Assembly (NCBI GenBank): GCA_030528885.1
Contig: JAUMXY010000005.1
Span: 6,924-70,923, forward strand
Source: Bacteroidales bacterium
GTDB taxonomy: Bacteria; Bacteroidota; Bacteroidia; Bacteroidales; Bacteroidaceae
Direction: 5' to 3'
DNA length: 64,000 bases
Part shown: positions 27,321-36,736 of the stretch, piece by piece
Position numbering within the stretch: the stretch's first letter is position 1
How the letters are laid out: every line of letters starts with the position of its first letter
Position numbers and translations under genes: made by a program
Notes under the pieces: generated by a model
Told to the model about the DNA's origin: nothing
What the model saw: the letters and a program-made list of their open reading frames with translations, nothing else
Databases searched by the model: none

Positions 27321-27351
27321 TCAGAAACGATAACCCTAAAAAGAAAGGACA

Positions 27352-27576
27352 ATGGCTACAAACAAGTATTATTCCGAAAGCGAGTTGGTTCAGAAGAAGC
27401 AGAGCGGCGAATTTAACTGGCTCGACTATGTGAACCATCACTCCAAAGAATGGCAGAACGAATATGCTGACTTCTGCAGAGAACGCGGACTGTCTGTTGG
27501 CGATGAGTCGGCAGAAAAGTTCGTTGACTACAAAGGAGAAGAACTTGAAAAGGCACTGGCTGATGGCAATGCCTGA
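27352..27576 (+). CDS. small hypothetical protein (74 aa)
   Basis: Compact ORF in an operon; its stop abuts the next ORF. Confidence 0.4.
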   Translation: MATNKYYSESELVQKKQSGEFNWLDYVNHHSKEWQNEYADFCRERGLSVGDESAEKFVDYKGEELEKALADGNA

Positions 27577-29247
27577 TTGTTGAATCTAAACAACACTATT
27601 ATGTCGATACGTTCCAATTCTCTACCACTGAGAGGCGATTTGTCGCCAGAGCTGCAAGACATCCTCAGACGGAATGGTATGCAAGCGCACATCATCCGTC
27701 AGGGCGATGGCTTCCAGTTGGCAGTTCAAGGGCATGACTCTCCACTTCTCACCTATCCCATCTCTGCCCAGCAGATGAAAGCCATGACAGACTGGGGTAC
27801 GAATTATGCCAACAAGAATGCCTACAACACCTTTGCGGCACTTGTCGGCAATGACTTTTATGTTCCAAGGAACTTCGTACATGCCCGTAATGCCAACGGA
27901 CGTGTTGCCATGGGACTTCACGGTTATAGGATTGGTGTCGGTGAATATGGCCGTATGGCTTGGGACAGACGTGGGCTGCATCCCATGTGGGGACTGCATG
28001 ACCGTTTCTTCTTGGGCTGGACACCTCGACAACAAGCAGGTTCCCACATGCGACGTGTCGGTGGTGCGCTCTTCATGCAGGGTGCTCCAATGGTTCCAGA
28101 CCGTCCCGATGGTCGCATCAAGCCAGGAGAGTTGCAGAATGGCGGTTACGGATTCTACTATAAAGAACAGCCGATAGCCGTTCAGCCTCCGAAACAGGAT
28201 GTGCTGGCTGACCTTCAGACAGTCATCACTCCTATGGAATTGGCTCCACGGAAGCTGGAACCAGCCAAGCCTTATAATGAGCTTATCACCTCGAAGGTCT
28301 ATTTCTCCAATGAGAAGTTCAAGGAGTGTCTGGACAGTCACGGCATCGTGATTGATCCTGAGAAGAAGACTCTCACCATCCAGTCCTCTGCCACTAAGCA
28401 GGATTTCGTCTATGACCTGACTGAGGAAGAAGTAAAGAAGCTGACAAGCAACTCCATCAAGGGAGTGCCTGTTCAGCAGCGTCTCGACATTCTCAACAAT
28501 GTCATCAAAGGCGACTTCAGCGAGAAGATTACGATGGATATGCTTAATTCCAAGGAGCAGATTGGCATTAAGCTGAAGCCAGAAGTCGAAGCAGAACTGA
28601 ATGACCGCCAAACACAGATTCTGGAACAGGCAAATATTCCCCTGACTATGGACGGCAGACAGGTTCAGTTAGAACCAGAAGACCGTTCCGTTGCTCATGT
28701 TGACGGCAATGCCCTCTATGAACTCAATGAGGGCAAGGCATGGTATCGAGAGGGGAAGCATGGTCGTGAAGTCAATGTCGATGACATCAAGGTTGAGCCA
28801 GTCAGGAATGAAAAGGGCGAAATCGAGAATGATGCCAAGGGCGAAGCCAAGTACCGCATGACAGCGGTCATCAATGGTGAGAGCATCAGCCATGAGATTA
28901 CTCAGAAGCAGTATGATAAGTTCATGGCCATCGATGACTATCATCGCATGAAACTCTTCTCCCATATCTTCAGTGAGGTGGACATGAAAAACATTCCTGG
29001 TATGCACACCAGCTTGGGTGCAAAGATTGGTGGAGCCTTGCTTGCCGGACTTGCCATCACACATGAGCTGACCCATGACTTCCACCATCACAGTGGGCCA
29101 TCCATTTTCATGGAGCATCATGGGCCTGACAGACCCCATGTGTATTTTAAGCCTGGTGTTGACTCACCGCAGGAGTTGGCATCGAGGGCTTTTGATGCAG
29201 GACTGAATGCTCGAGAACACGGCGTAGGATTAGGACACACAAGGTAA
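27577..29247 (+). CDS. hypothetical protein (556 aa)
   Basis: Longest ORF in this interval; the antisense 329-aa ORF is rejected. The start may be MSIRSN at 27601. Confidence 0.5.
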   Translation: MLNLNNTIMSIRSNSLPLRGDLSPELQDILRRNGMQAHIIRQGDGFQLAVQGHDSPLLTYPISAQQMKAMTDWGTNYANKNAYNTFAALVGNDFYVPRNFVHARNANGRVAMGLHGYRIGVGEYGRMAWDRRGLHPMWGLHDRFFLGWTPRQQAGSHMRRVGGALFMQGAPMVPDRPDGRIKPGELQNGGYGFYYKEQPIAVQPPKQDVLADLQTVITPMELAPRKLEPAKPYNELITSKVYFSNEKFKECLDSHGIVIDPEKKTLTIQSSATKQDFVYDLTEEEVKKLTSNSIKGVPVQQRLDILNNVIKGDFSEKITMDMLNSKEQIGIKLKPEVEAELNDRQTQILEQANIPLTMDGRQVQLEPEDRSVAHVDGNALYELNEGKAWYREGKHGREVNVDDIKVEPVRNEKGEIENDAKGEAKYRMTAVINGESISHEITQKQYDKFMAIDDYHRMKLFSHIFSEVDMKNIPGMHTSLGAKIGGALLAGLAITHELTHDFHHHSGPSIFMEHHGPDRPHVYFKPGVDSPQELASRAFDAGLNAREHGVGLGHTR

Positions 29248-29270
29248 AAGGATTTATTCAGGATAACAAA

Positions 29271-30797
29271 ATGGCAGAACTTACCTACGACGATTTTAAG
29301 AACAAGCTCAGTATTCAGGATGTGCTGATAGACGCTGGCTACACGTTGAACAGACGCGACGGCTTGCGCTATCCGTCGTATGTAAGGCTGGACAGCGAGG
29401 GCAGACGTATTCGTGGTGACAAGTTCATCGTCACTGCCAATGGCCTTTGCTGTTTCCTGCCGCCTACGCGGAAGAACTACAACGTCATCAGCTTCATTAA
29501 GGAGCATCCAGAAATGTTCTCTGACTACACGGCTGGCATGGATAAGGACAGACTCGTCAACCTTGTCTGCAACAGACTTTTGAATAATCCTATCGAGGAA
29601 AGGGAAAAGAAGATTATCAATCCACAGCGTGACCTTCCACCTTTCAAGATAGACGATTACAAGCTGCATCGTTTTGATGGCAATGACAGGGAAACACAAA
29701 AGCCGTTCTATCCTTATTTCCAGCCAAGAGGTATCAACCTTAGTACGCAGTATGCTTTCCATCATCATTTTGTCCTTGCAGAACGTACAGTTGGCGACCA
29801 GACTTACAAGAACCTTTCTTTCCCAATGACCATTCCTGGTTCTTCAGACGAAAAGGTTGTCGGTTTGGAAGAAAGGGGAAGAAGAAAACAGGATGGCACA
29901 TCCTACAAAGGCATGGCCAGAGGCTCCAATGCCAGTGAAGGTCTTTGGATTGCCAGTCCGATGGGCACCAAGCTACAGAATGCCAAGCGAGTCTTCATCT
30001 TTGAGAGTGCCTATGATGCAATGGCTTTCTATCAGATGCTGGCTGGCAAAGATAGTAACCTTACCACACAGGAAAAGAAAGAGCTTGTTGGTGGTGTCTA
30101 TGCCTCTACGGGTGGTAATCCTTCAGCCAAACAGTTTGAAGGATTACTGAGAAGTGCCAAGGATGCCACTTTTCACATGGGCTTTGACATGGATGATGCC
30201 GGAATGAAGTTCGAAGACATGTTCAGGGATTTGGCAGAAAAAGCCAACGTGCCAAGTAATCGTGTCGTCCGTGAGGAAACAAATGACGGCTATAAGGACT
30301 TCAATGAAGAGCTGCTTGCCATGATCGAGCGTAAGAACCATCCGCTGGCAAAGGGCAATGTCCCTGAAGAATACAAGGCTTACGTGGATTCCTTCAGAAA
30401 AGGAACGGATGACATACCATCCACGAAAGATGTGCTTCATCCGAATAGTGAGCAGATTGACCTTCTTCCGAAGTCTGTCCAGAAGCTCTACGCCAGATAT
30501 GAAGCCCTGTATGAAGATGCCTACGAGATGCGTTCTTCCAGACTTGTTGCAACATGCGACAAAGAAGAAGCCATCAACCAGGCATCAGAGGCATGGAAGA
30601 CTTTCAAGGAGAGTCTTTGCAAGGCTCTTGACATCAAGGAGGACACGGCGGCACTCGATGTGGAATCCGAAGATGTTGGCAATGACAAGAAGATACAGCA
30701 TGACGTGGACTATACCACCAGTGTTGACGAGCAAGGCAACATTGCAATGGAGGTAGAGACATCAGATCAGGAAGAGCGAAGACATTATCATCGGTAA
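29271..30797 (+). CDS. Toprim-domain protein (DUF3991/primase-like)
   Basis: 508 aa. VFIFESAYDAMAFYQ (Toprim Glu) ... ASTGGNPS ... MGFDMDDAG (DxD). Confidence 0.7.
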   Translation: MAELTYDDFKNKLSIQDVLIDAGYTLNRRDGLRYPSYVRLDSEGRRIRGDKFIVTANGLCCFLPPTRKNYNVISFIKEHPEMFSDYTAGMDKDRLVNLVCNRLLNNPIEEREKKIINPQRDLPPFKIDDYKLHRFDGNDRETQKPFYPYFQPRGINLSTQYAFHHHFVLAERTVGDQTYKNLSFPMTIPGSSDEKVVGLEERGRRKQDGTSYKGMARGSNASEGLWIASPMGTKLQNAKRVFIFESAYDAMAFYQMLAGKDSNLTTQEKKELVGGVYASTGGNPSAKQFEGLLRSAKDATFHMGFDMDDAGMKFEDMFRDLAEKANVPSNRVVREETNDGYKDFNEELLAMIERKNHPLAKGNVPEEYKAYVDSFRKGTDDIPSTKDVLHPNSEQIDLLPKSVQKLYARYEALYEDAYEMRSSRLVATCDKEEAINQASEAWKTFKESLCKALDIKEDTAALDVESEDVGNDKKIQHDVDYTTSVDEQGNIAMEVETSDQEERRHYHR

Positions 30798-30799
30798 CT

Positions 30800-31291
30800 A
30801 TGGAACAGGTAATCAGACGCTTCAACATCATCACGCTTCGCCCACATTGGGCGCAGTATATCATCAGTCAGGGATTGATGTTCCTTGTCAGTATGGTACT
30901 GTTCCTTGTTGCCGGACATGAAGCCATCACCTTCAAGGCACCATTCCTGATACTTGGTACCATCACAACCCTTATGATGCTTTACGGCTGTCTGTATCTG
31001 TGCAAGCTTAGGTTCATTGTTTCCTCTGAGCAGCTTATCATCCAGCATGGCATCTTCCATAGGACAAGCGACTACATTGAGCTTTACCGCATCGTGGACT
31101 TCAGCGAGAGCAGGGATATACTGGAACAGTTGTTCGGGCTAAAGACCGTCAGCATCTACAGCGGTGACAGGACAAATCCCAAGCTCGACATTTACGGAGT
31201 GAAAGAAAAGCTCGATGTGGTGGCTATCATCAGAGAAAGAGTTGAATACAATAAACGCAGAAAAGGCATTTATGAAATCACCAATCGGTAA
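30800..31291 (+). CDS. membrane protein with bacterial PH (bPH_2/YdbS-like) domain
   Basis: 163 aa with two TM helices followed by SSEQLIIQHGIFHRTSDYIELYRIVDFSESRDILEQLFGLKTVSIYSGD. Confidence 0.55.
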   Translation: MEQVIRRFNIITLRPHWAQYIISQGLMFLVSMVLFLVAGHEAITFKAPFLILGTITTLMMLYGCLYLCKLRFIVSSEQLIIQHGIFHRTSDYIELYRIVDFSESRDILEQLFGLKTVSIYSGDRTNPKLDIYGVKEKLDVVAIIRERVEYNKRRKGIYEITNR

Positions 31292-31301
31292 CATCTATCC
31301 T

Positions 31302-32021
31302 ATGAACAAAGACCGATGGCATTTTGACCAACGGTGGTGGACAGTCGCAGTTATGGCGTTTGTCCTCTTGTGGTTGAGTTTCGGGAAAGCCCATGCCCAG
31401 ATAACCTCCAGTAATCCATTGGAATATGTGGCACTGGCAGAGGGCAACGAACTCATCAATGGTCAGATCAAGACCCAGATTGATGACCAGCAGAAGACCG
31501 CACTGCTTCAGAACGGCATTGCAGCCGAGTTTACGATGATCCACAAGTGGGAAAAGAAGTACAACTCCTATCTGAAGACGGTGGACGGCTATGCCAGTAC
31601 ATTGAAAGCCTGTACCACACTATATGATGACGGTGTACGCATCTTCATCAACCTCTGTAACCTGAGAAAAGCGATGGCCGACAATCCGCAAGGTATCGTA
31701 GCAACCATGTCTATGAATAACCTCTACATAGAGACGGCCACGGAACTTGTGACCATCTACACGACATTGAGGGATGCCATTGCCAAGGGAGGTACAGAGA
31801 ATATGCTTACTGGAGCCGAGAGAAGTAAAACCCTTTGGGCACTCAATGACAGGCTCGATGCTTTCAATAAGAAACTCACCAAGCTCTATCTCTCCATCCG
31901 CTACTACACCATGACCGATGTATGGAACAGTGTAACCGCCGGAATGCTTGACCGTACCAATGGGGAAATAGCACTCCAGGCCCACAGACGATGGATAAGA
32001 TGTGCCAGAGCTGCATACTAA
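31302..32021 (+). CDS. secreted helical protein (paralog A)
   Basis: ORF trimmed to MNKDRWHF...; signal peptide ...SFGKAHAQ. The C-terminal ...LNDRLDAFNKKLTKLYLSIRYYTMTDVWNSV is collinear with the next gene. Confidence 0.5.
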   Translation: MNKDRWHFDQRWWTVAVMAFVLLWLSFGKAHAQITSSNPLEYVALAEGNELINGQIKTQIDDQQKTALLQNGIAAEFTMIHKWEKKYNSYLKTVDGYASTLKACTTLYDDGVRIFINLCNLRKAMADNPQGIVATMSMNNLYIETATELVTIYTTLRDAIAKGGTENMLTGAERSKTLWALNDRLDAFNKKLTKLYLSIRYYTMTDVWNSVTAGMLDRTNGEIALQAHRRWIRCARAAY

Positions 32022-32034
32022 AACGGAATGAATC

Positions 32035-32733
32035 ATGTTGAATAAATCTTTCTTTGTCATAATCATGCTGACTCTCGCCCTCCCCTTCGGGGGAGTTGGT
32101 GGGAGTATGCTCCATGCTCAGGGCAATGACCCTGTGCTGGCAGGAATGATTGCGCTCTATACGGACAAAGCCAAGAAAGAGCTGAAGCAACAGGAAAAGA
32201 TGATGCTGCTGGAGGCAACAGGCCATATCTGGATTACCGAAGAGGTCAATGCTACCACAGACCTTCAGAAGGAGTTCAACAAATACCTTGATGACTTTCA
32301 CAGCATCATAGCCTATGCAGCACAGATATACGGTTTCTACCATGAGATTGACAGGATGGTTGACAACCTTGGAAGTTTCAGCCATCAGCTAAGTGCTCAT
32401 CCCACTAATGCCCTTGCAGTGGCACTTTCCGCTAATCGTAACAAGATCTATCGGGAGATTATCATGGGAAGCGTGGATATTGTCAATGACATCCGTCAGG
32501 TCTGTCTCGCCAATACCAAGATGACTGAGAAGGAACGTCTGGAGATCATCTTTGGCATCCGTCCCAAGCTCAAACTCATGAACAAGAAACTCCAGCGTCT
32601 CATCAAGGCGGTGAAATACACGTCACTTGCTGACGTATGGGCAGAGATTGATTACAGTGCCAGGAGTGAAGCGGACAAAGCCAGTATCACAAGGCAATGT
32701 ATGGAACGCTGGAGGCGAAATGGGAGAAGATAA
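32035..32733 (+). CDS. secreted helical protein (paralog B)
   Basis: 232 aa with a signal peptide. ...IRPKLKLMNKKLQRLIKAVKYTSLADVWAEI parallels paralog A. Confidence 0.5.
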   Translation: MLNKSFFVIIMLTLALPFGGVGGSMLHAQGNDPVLAGMIALYTDKAKKELKQQEKMMLLEATGHIWITEEVNATTDLQKEFNKYLDDFHSIIAYAAQIYGFYHEIDRMVDNLGSFSHQLSAHPTNALAVALSANRNKIYREIIMGSVDIVNDIRQVCLANTKMTEKERLEIIFGIRPKLKLMNKKLQRLIKAVKYTSLADVWAEIDYSARSEADKASITRQCMERWRRNGRR

Positions 32734-32762
32734 TTGATTGTTGAACTTAAAGAGCATAGAAA

Positions 32763-33467
32763 ATGAGTTGGAGTTCATTACTCAAAGCAACATTTAAGTA
32801 CGGTGGCCGTGCAGCCAAGGCAACGGCTTCATCCGTTGGCAGTGCTGTCATCCATCCTCAGAGAACCATCAAGGGACTCGGCACAGCCACCAAGACCGCT
32901 GCTGTCGGCGGTGCTGCCGCATACGTCGGCTGGGAAAAGCTGACTACAGACAAGAGTGTCGCCCGTATTGTTGGCGATGCTGTCGTTGGCTCAGATACCA
33001 TTGATACGGTCAGTGACAAGGTTGATGGCGTGGCCAATACCGTAACCGAACTGAAGGATTCCGTAGGCGGTGCTGTCGATACCATGAACAATGCCATGAC
33101 CAGTGTGGATAGCAAGTGGAGCGGCATGTCAAACTTCCTTCGTGGTGTGTTCTCTGGCAACGGAGGCGATATATTCAGTAACTTCTTCAGCAACCTTGGC
33201 AAAGGCAATGTGTCAGGTCTCAGCCTTGCAGGACTGGTACTTTCAGCCTTGCTTGTTTTCGGACGTTTCGGATGGCTCGGAAAGATAGCCGGAGCAGTCC
33301 TTGGCATGATGATGATTGGCAACAATGCCAATATGAGTCAGGTGCTGGGAGGTGGACAGCAGAAGCCTTTAGCGCAGGACACTCCACAGAGGGAGCTACC
33401 GAAGCCACAGGCACAGGTCATTCAGGTGGAAGAAACGCCAAGGGAACAGATTCACAGAGGCAGATAA
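32763..33467 (+). CDS. Gly/Ala-rich membrane protein
   Basis: 234 aa with C-terminal TM helices (LSLAGLVLSALLVF, IAGAVLGMMMIG). Confidence 0.45.
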   Translation: MSWSSLLKATFKYGGRAAKATASSVGSAVIHPQRTIKGLGTATKTAAVGGAAAYVGWEKLTTDKSVARIVGDAVVGSDTIDTVSDKVDGVANTVTELKDSVGGAVDTMNNAMTSVDSKWSGMSNFLRGVFSGNGGDIFSNFFSNLGKGNVSGLSLAGLVLSALLVFGRFGWLGKIAGAVLGMMMIGNNANMSQVLGGGQQKPLAQDTPQRELPKPQAQVIQVEETPREQIHRGR

Positions 33468-33495
33468 TCAAAGAATAACTTTCAAGGATAACAAT

Positions 33496-34326
33496 ATGCA
33501 GTTTACACATGAAATGATACTCCAGTCAGACAGCGGCTACTGTATGCCGTTTGAGGAGAAGAACAAAGATGTAGAAATGTCGCTCGGTTACGGCAAGCAG
33601 AAGCATCCTAAGACAGGAGAAAAATTCTTCCATCACGGTATTGACTTCGATGTCAAGCACTACCTCCTTTCAGCCGTTGCAACAGGCAAGGTGTCAGGAT
33701 TGGGGAATGATGCCATTCATGGTATCTATCAGGTCATCCGCTACGGCAACTATGAAGTGACCTATTCCCATCTGTGCAATGTCTTTGCCAACTACGGACA
33801 GGTGGTAAAGGCTGGTCAGGTGGTTGCTGTAAGTGCCGACATGCTCCACATGGAAGTTAAGTACAATGGCGAGGAAATGAACCCGTTGGAATTTCTCACC
33901 ATGATTTACGGCAACCTCAAAACAATGGAACAGCAAGGTCAGGTTGGTGCTGTGCCTCAGTTCGTCACCATCGACATGGACGTGCATACCATGTACGACA
34001 AAGACCAGAAGGAGATTGAAGAGCTGATGATGCGCTTCTTCCCGGACTACATGAGTGACATGAGCAATGGCCTGTACTCCATTCCTGAGCATACGGAACT
34101 TGCGCTTCGCAACATCTTCACTATGTCAGCGATGAAGAACTATTTCTATGAGACCCTGCCCAGCATGGCAAATCCTTTGGGAATGGGTGCCAGGAGTATT
34201 CCATTGGCTGAGAAGGTGCAGAACCTGCTGATAGCCGATTTCCTTAACTATCTGGCATTGAGGCATCATGTCTTCCTCAGTACGATGTCAGCACTCGAAA
34301 AAAAAAAGCTGAAGACAGAGCCGTAG
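33496..34326 (+). CDS. M23-peptidase-domain protein (zero-frame product)
   Basis: 276 aa with HHGIDFDV and the M23-like segment ...TYSHLCNVF...GQVVAVSADMLHMEV. Ends just after an A10 tract. Confidence 0.7.
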   Translation: MQFTHEMILQSDSGYCMPFEEKNKDVEMSLGYGKQKHPKTGEKFFHHGIDFDVKHYLLSAVATGKVSGLGNDAIHGIYQVIRYGNYEVTYSHLCNVFANYGQVVKAGQVVAVSADMLHMEVKYNGEEMNPLEFLTMIYGNLKTMEQQGQVGAVPQFVTIDMDVHTMYDKDQKEIEELMMRFFPDYMSDMSNGLYSIPEHTELALRNIFTMSAMKNYFYETLPSMANPLGMGARSIPLAEKVQNLLIADFLNYLALRHHVFLSTMSALEKKKLKTEP

Positions 34327-34370
34327 CCAGTAGCGGACTCATCGATCCGCAGGCAGAGCTGGAGATTGAC

Positions 34371-34631
34371 GTGCAGAGCTTCGATATACCAAGGCTTGTC
34401 AGTGTCTATCCAGACAAAAGCGGAATCCGATGGTGGACAAAGGCATGGTTCAACAACAGCGAGGCAGGTGAAGCAGCCATAGAGATTGACCGTATGCTGG
34501 CAATCAAGTTCATCAATGACAATGTAGATAAGGACGAATGGTTAGAGGAATACTTTCCAAAACAGATGGAAGTCTATCATCACGCCATCGAACAGACAAA
34601 AGAACAGATATTAAACCAATTGAACTTATGA
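34371..34631 (+). CDS. ORF in the -1 frame, reachable from the M23 gene by slippage at A AAA AAG
   Basis: The -1 frame is open from the A-run (34298-34307) through 34631. The listed ORF begins at a GTG with no obvious independent start context. Its stop overlaps the next ATG (ATGA). Confidence 0.4.
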   Translation: MQSFDIPRLVSVYPDKSGIRWWTKAWFNNSEAGEAAIEIDRMLAIKFINDNVDKDEWLEEYFPKQMEVYHHAIEQTKEQILNQLNL

Positions 34632-35269
34632 TAACAAAAAGATTGTTTTCCATAATATTCGCTATGCCAATGGCAGTGTCCTCATTCGCAGACAGTGGCT
34701 TGTCTGGTTTGAGCGATGCTGCTGACGGCGTAGGTTCTTACCTTCCTTATGTTCAGGGAGTGTGTTATGTGATAGCTGCCGTGATAGCCGTTGCAGGTGC
34801 CATGAGCATCTATCTGAGTATGCAGACCAATCCTAACCAAATCAGAAAGAGGATGATGATGACTGTAGGCAGCTGTATGTGCTTCGTGTTGATGGCTACC
34901 GCCTTACCTCAGTTCTTCGGAGTTGATGGCAGTGGTTCTTCCACAGGAGGAAGCAGCAGTTCATCTACTGGTAGCGGAACCTCAGACGGGTTCCTTGCCT
35001 CTGACCAAGGAGGAATCTCACAGACTGGCATCAACACGGAAATACCATCCTTCCATGACCAGACAGGAAACTGGATAACATTCCCTCCTGAAACGAATAT
35101 GACAGTGGCCAATCACCTGATGGACATCTATGATCATTTCGGGTCAGGACGTGAAGGCTCGTATGGACGTACTCTTGCATACATTCACAATGCCTATCGT
35201 CAAGGTCAAATCGACCATGACATGTTTGAGCAGCTGATGAGAATATCGGGTAATCTTCCCCATAACTAA
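34628..35269 (+). CDS. VirB2/TrbC-like (DUF4134-like) pilin-type membrane protein with C-terminal extension
   Basis: ORF trimmed to MITKRLFSIIFAMPMAVSSFA (signal peptide). Two hydrophobic helices (VCYVIAAVIAVAGAMSIYL, MMMTVGSCMCFVLMATAL), a Ser/Gly linker and an ~80-aa tail. Confidence 0.45.
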   Translation: MITKRLFSIIFAMPMAVSSFADSGLSGLSDAADGVGSYLPYVQGVCYVIAAVIAVAGAMSIYLSMQTNPNQIRKRMMMTVGSCMCFVLMATALPQFFGVDGSGSSTGGSSSSSTGSGTSDGFLASDQGGISQTGINTEIPSFHDQTGNWITFPPETNMTVANHLMDIYDHFGSGREGSYGRTLAYIHNAYRQGQIDHDMFEQLMRISGNLPHN

Positions 35270-35290
35270 CCTGTAACATCACTTTAAGTA

Positions 35291-36712
35291 ATGGCAGAAA
35301 CGAGCAACGATAAGTTATTCAGGACTAAGGTCTTGCCGATAATGGACAAAGTAATGCGAGACCTTCGGTTAAAGCAGTCTGAAGAGATGGCCATTCATAC
35401 CAGCAGCTTGCCGTATATCATGGCTGGGGCAGCTGGGCCTGACGGAGGAATGTCGGCACAAGCAGCCAGTCTTGCCTCTCTCAGATACACGGGAAAGTGG
35501 AACTCCAAACATACTGAAGACTACATTCAGATGGTCAAAAATGAGCTGAAAAAGCAGCACATCGCCGTCACTCCAGAGATAGAGAAGATGATGATTGAAA
35601 AGATGATCAAGGATGAGATTCCGAAGTCATCCATTGACTATATCATGCGTAAGGCAGCAACCAACACCATCTTCTATCTTCCCCAGGCACTTAACAAATC
35701 ACCACTGGAGAACCGTATCACGGCACAGGCTGAGAAGAAGTATAACCCATCCACTTTGGAAAAAGGAACAGGTTATGTCTTGGGAGCAGCCGCAGACTAT
35801 ATGACGATGGGCGGTATCGGTGGCAGTTGGTCTGGAGCAGCCAAGTTTGTTGGTGTTGACCTTGCCTTGAATGCTGCCATCGACAAGGTGGGAGCAAAAG
35901 AAACCGATGACGTTCCTTTGATTATTGCGCCCGAACATAGAGCCGAAAACAAGGCTACTCAGGCAAAAAGGAATAAGGAACAACCCAAGCTAAAACCAAA
36001 AGAAAATACCCCAACAGTGGAACAGACAACGGGAACACAGGCACAGCAGCCTGTAAACGAAGAAAAAGAAGTCGATCAGGCTCAACCAGAAACACAGCAG
36101 GAACAACCACAGCAGACCAATCAGAATGGCTGGAGCGGATTGCTCAGTTCTGTTGGTCTGAACGGCATTTCCGACATAGGTCACAATCTAGGCTATGTAC
36201 TGGCCATGCTTCCAGACATGCTTGTTGGCATCTTCACTGGTAAGACCAAATCCCTTGGTCTGAAGGATAACATGCTGCCTTTAGCCAGTATTGTGGCAGG
36301 TATGTTCGTCAGGAATCCCATTCTGAAGATGGTTCTTATCGGTATGGGAGGACTCAACCTTTTGAACAAGGCAGGTCACGAAGCCTTGGACAACCACAAT
36401 GGAGTCAGCTACGGACAAGGTGGAAACGCCAATATCCGTGGCAACTACAAAGTCTATGAGGATGAAACCCTCATTGCCCGAATCTCGCAACCGCAGATTA
36501 AGGGCAACTGTCTGATTGCAACCATCGACAAGGTTCCATGCACCATCGCATTGCCAGACAGAGTGGTGGACGCATACAATCAGGGCGCACTGCCTCTTAA
36601 CACCCTTGCCAATGCCGTACTTGCCAAGAACGACCAGATGCGACAGATAGCAGCTGAAAACTATGCAGCCAGTGAACAACAGGCTCAGACCAGGACACTT
36701 GCACAACGATAA
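35291..36712 (+). CDS. hypothetical membrane-associated protein (473 aa)
   Basis: Gln/Pro-rich linker and C-terminal hydrophobic helices. No family recognised. Confidence 0.45.
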   Translation: MAETSNDKLFRTKVLPIMDKVMRDLRLKQSEEMAIHTSSLPYIMAGAAGPDGGMSAQAASLASLRYTGKWNSKHTEDYIQMVKNELKKQHIAVTPEIEKMMIEKMIKDEIPKSSIDYIMRKAATNTIFYLPQALNKSPLENRITAQAEKKYNPSTLEKGTGYVLGAAADYMTMGGIGGSWSGAAKFVGVDLALNAAIDKVGAKETDDVPLIIAPEHRAENKATQAKRNKEQPKLKPKENTPTVEQTTGTQAQQPVNEEKEVDQAQPETQQEQPQQTNQNGWSGLLSSVGLNGISDIGHNLGYVLAMLPDMLVGIFTGKTKSLGLKDNMLPLASIVAGMFVRNPILKMVLIGMGGLNLLNKAGHEALDNHNGVSYGQGGNANIRGNYKVYEDETLIARISQPQIKGNCLIATIDKVPCTIALPDRVVDAYNQGALPLNTLANAVLAKNDQMRQIAAENYAASEQQAQTRTLAQR

Positions 36713-36736
36713 TAAACCCATTAAAACAATAGAGAT

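Noticed and set aside
27622-28611. 329-aa minus-strand ORF
   Set aside because: It is antisense to the longer 556-aa plus-strand ORF that sits in a plus-strand operon, and it has no start or stop coupling with its neighbours.
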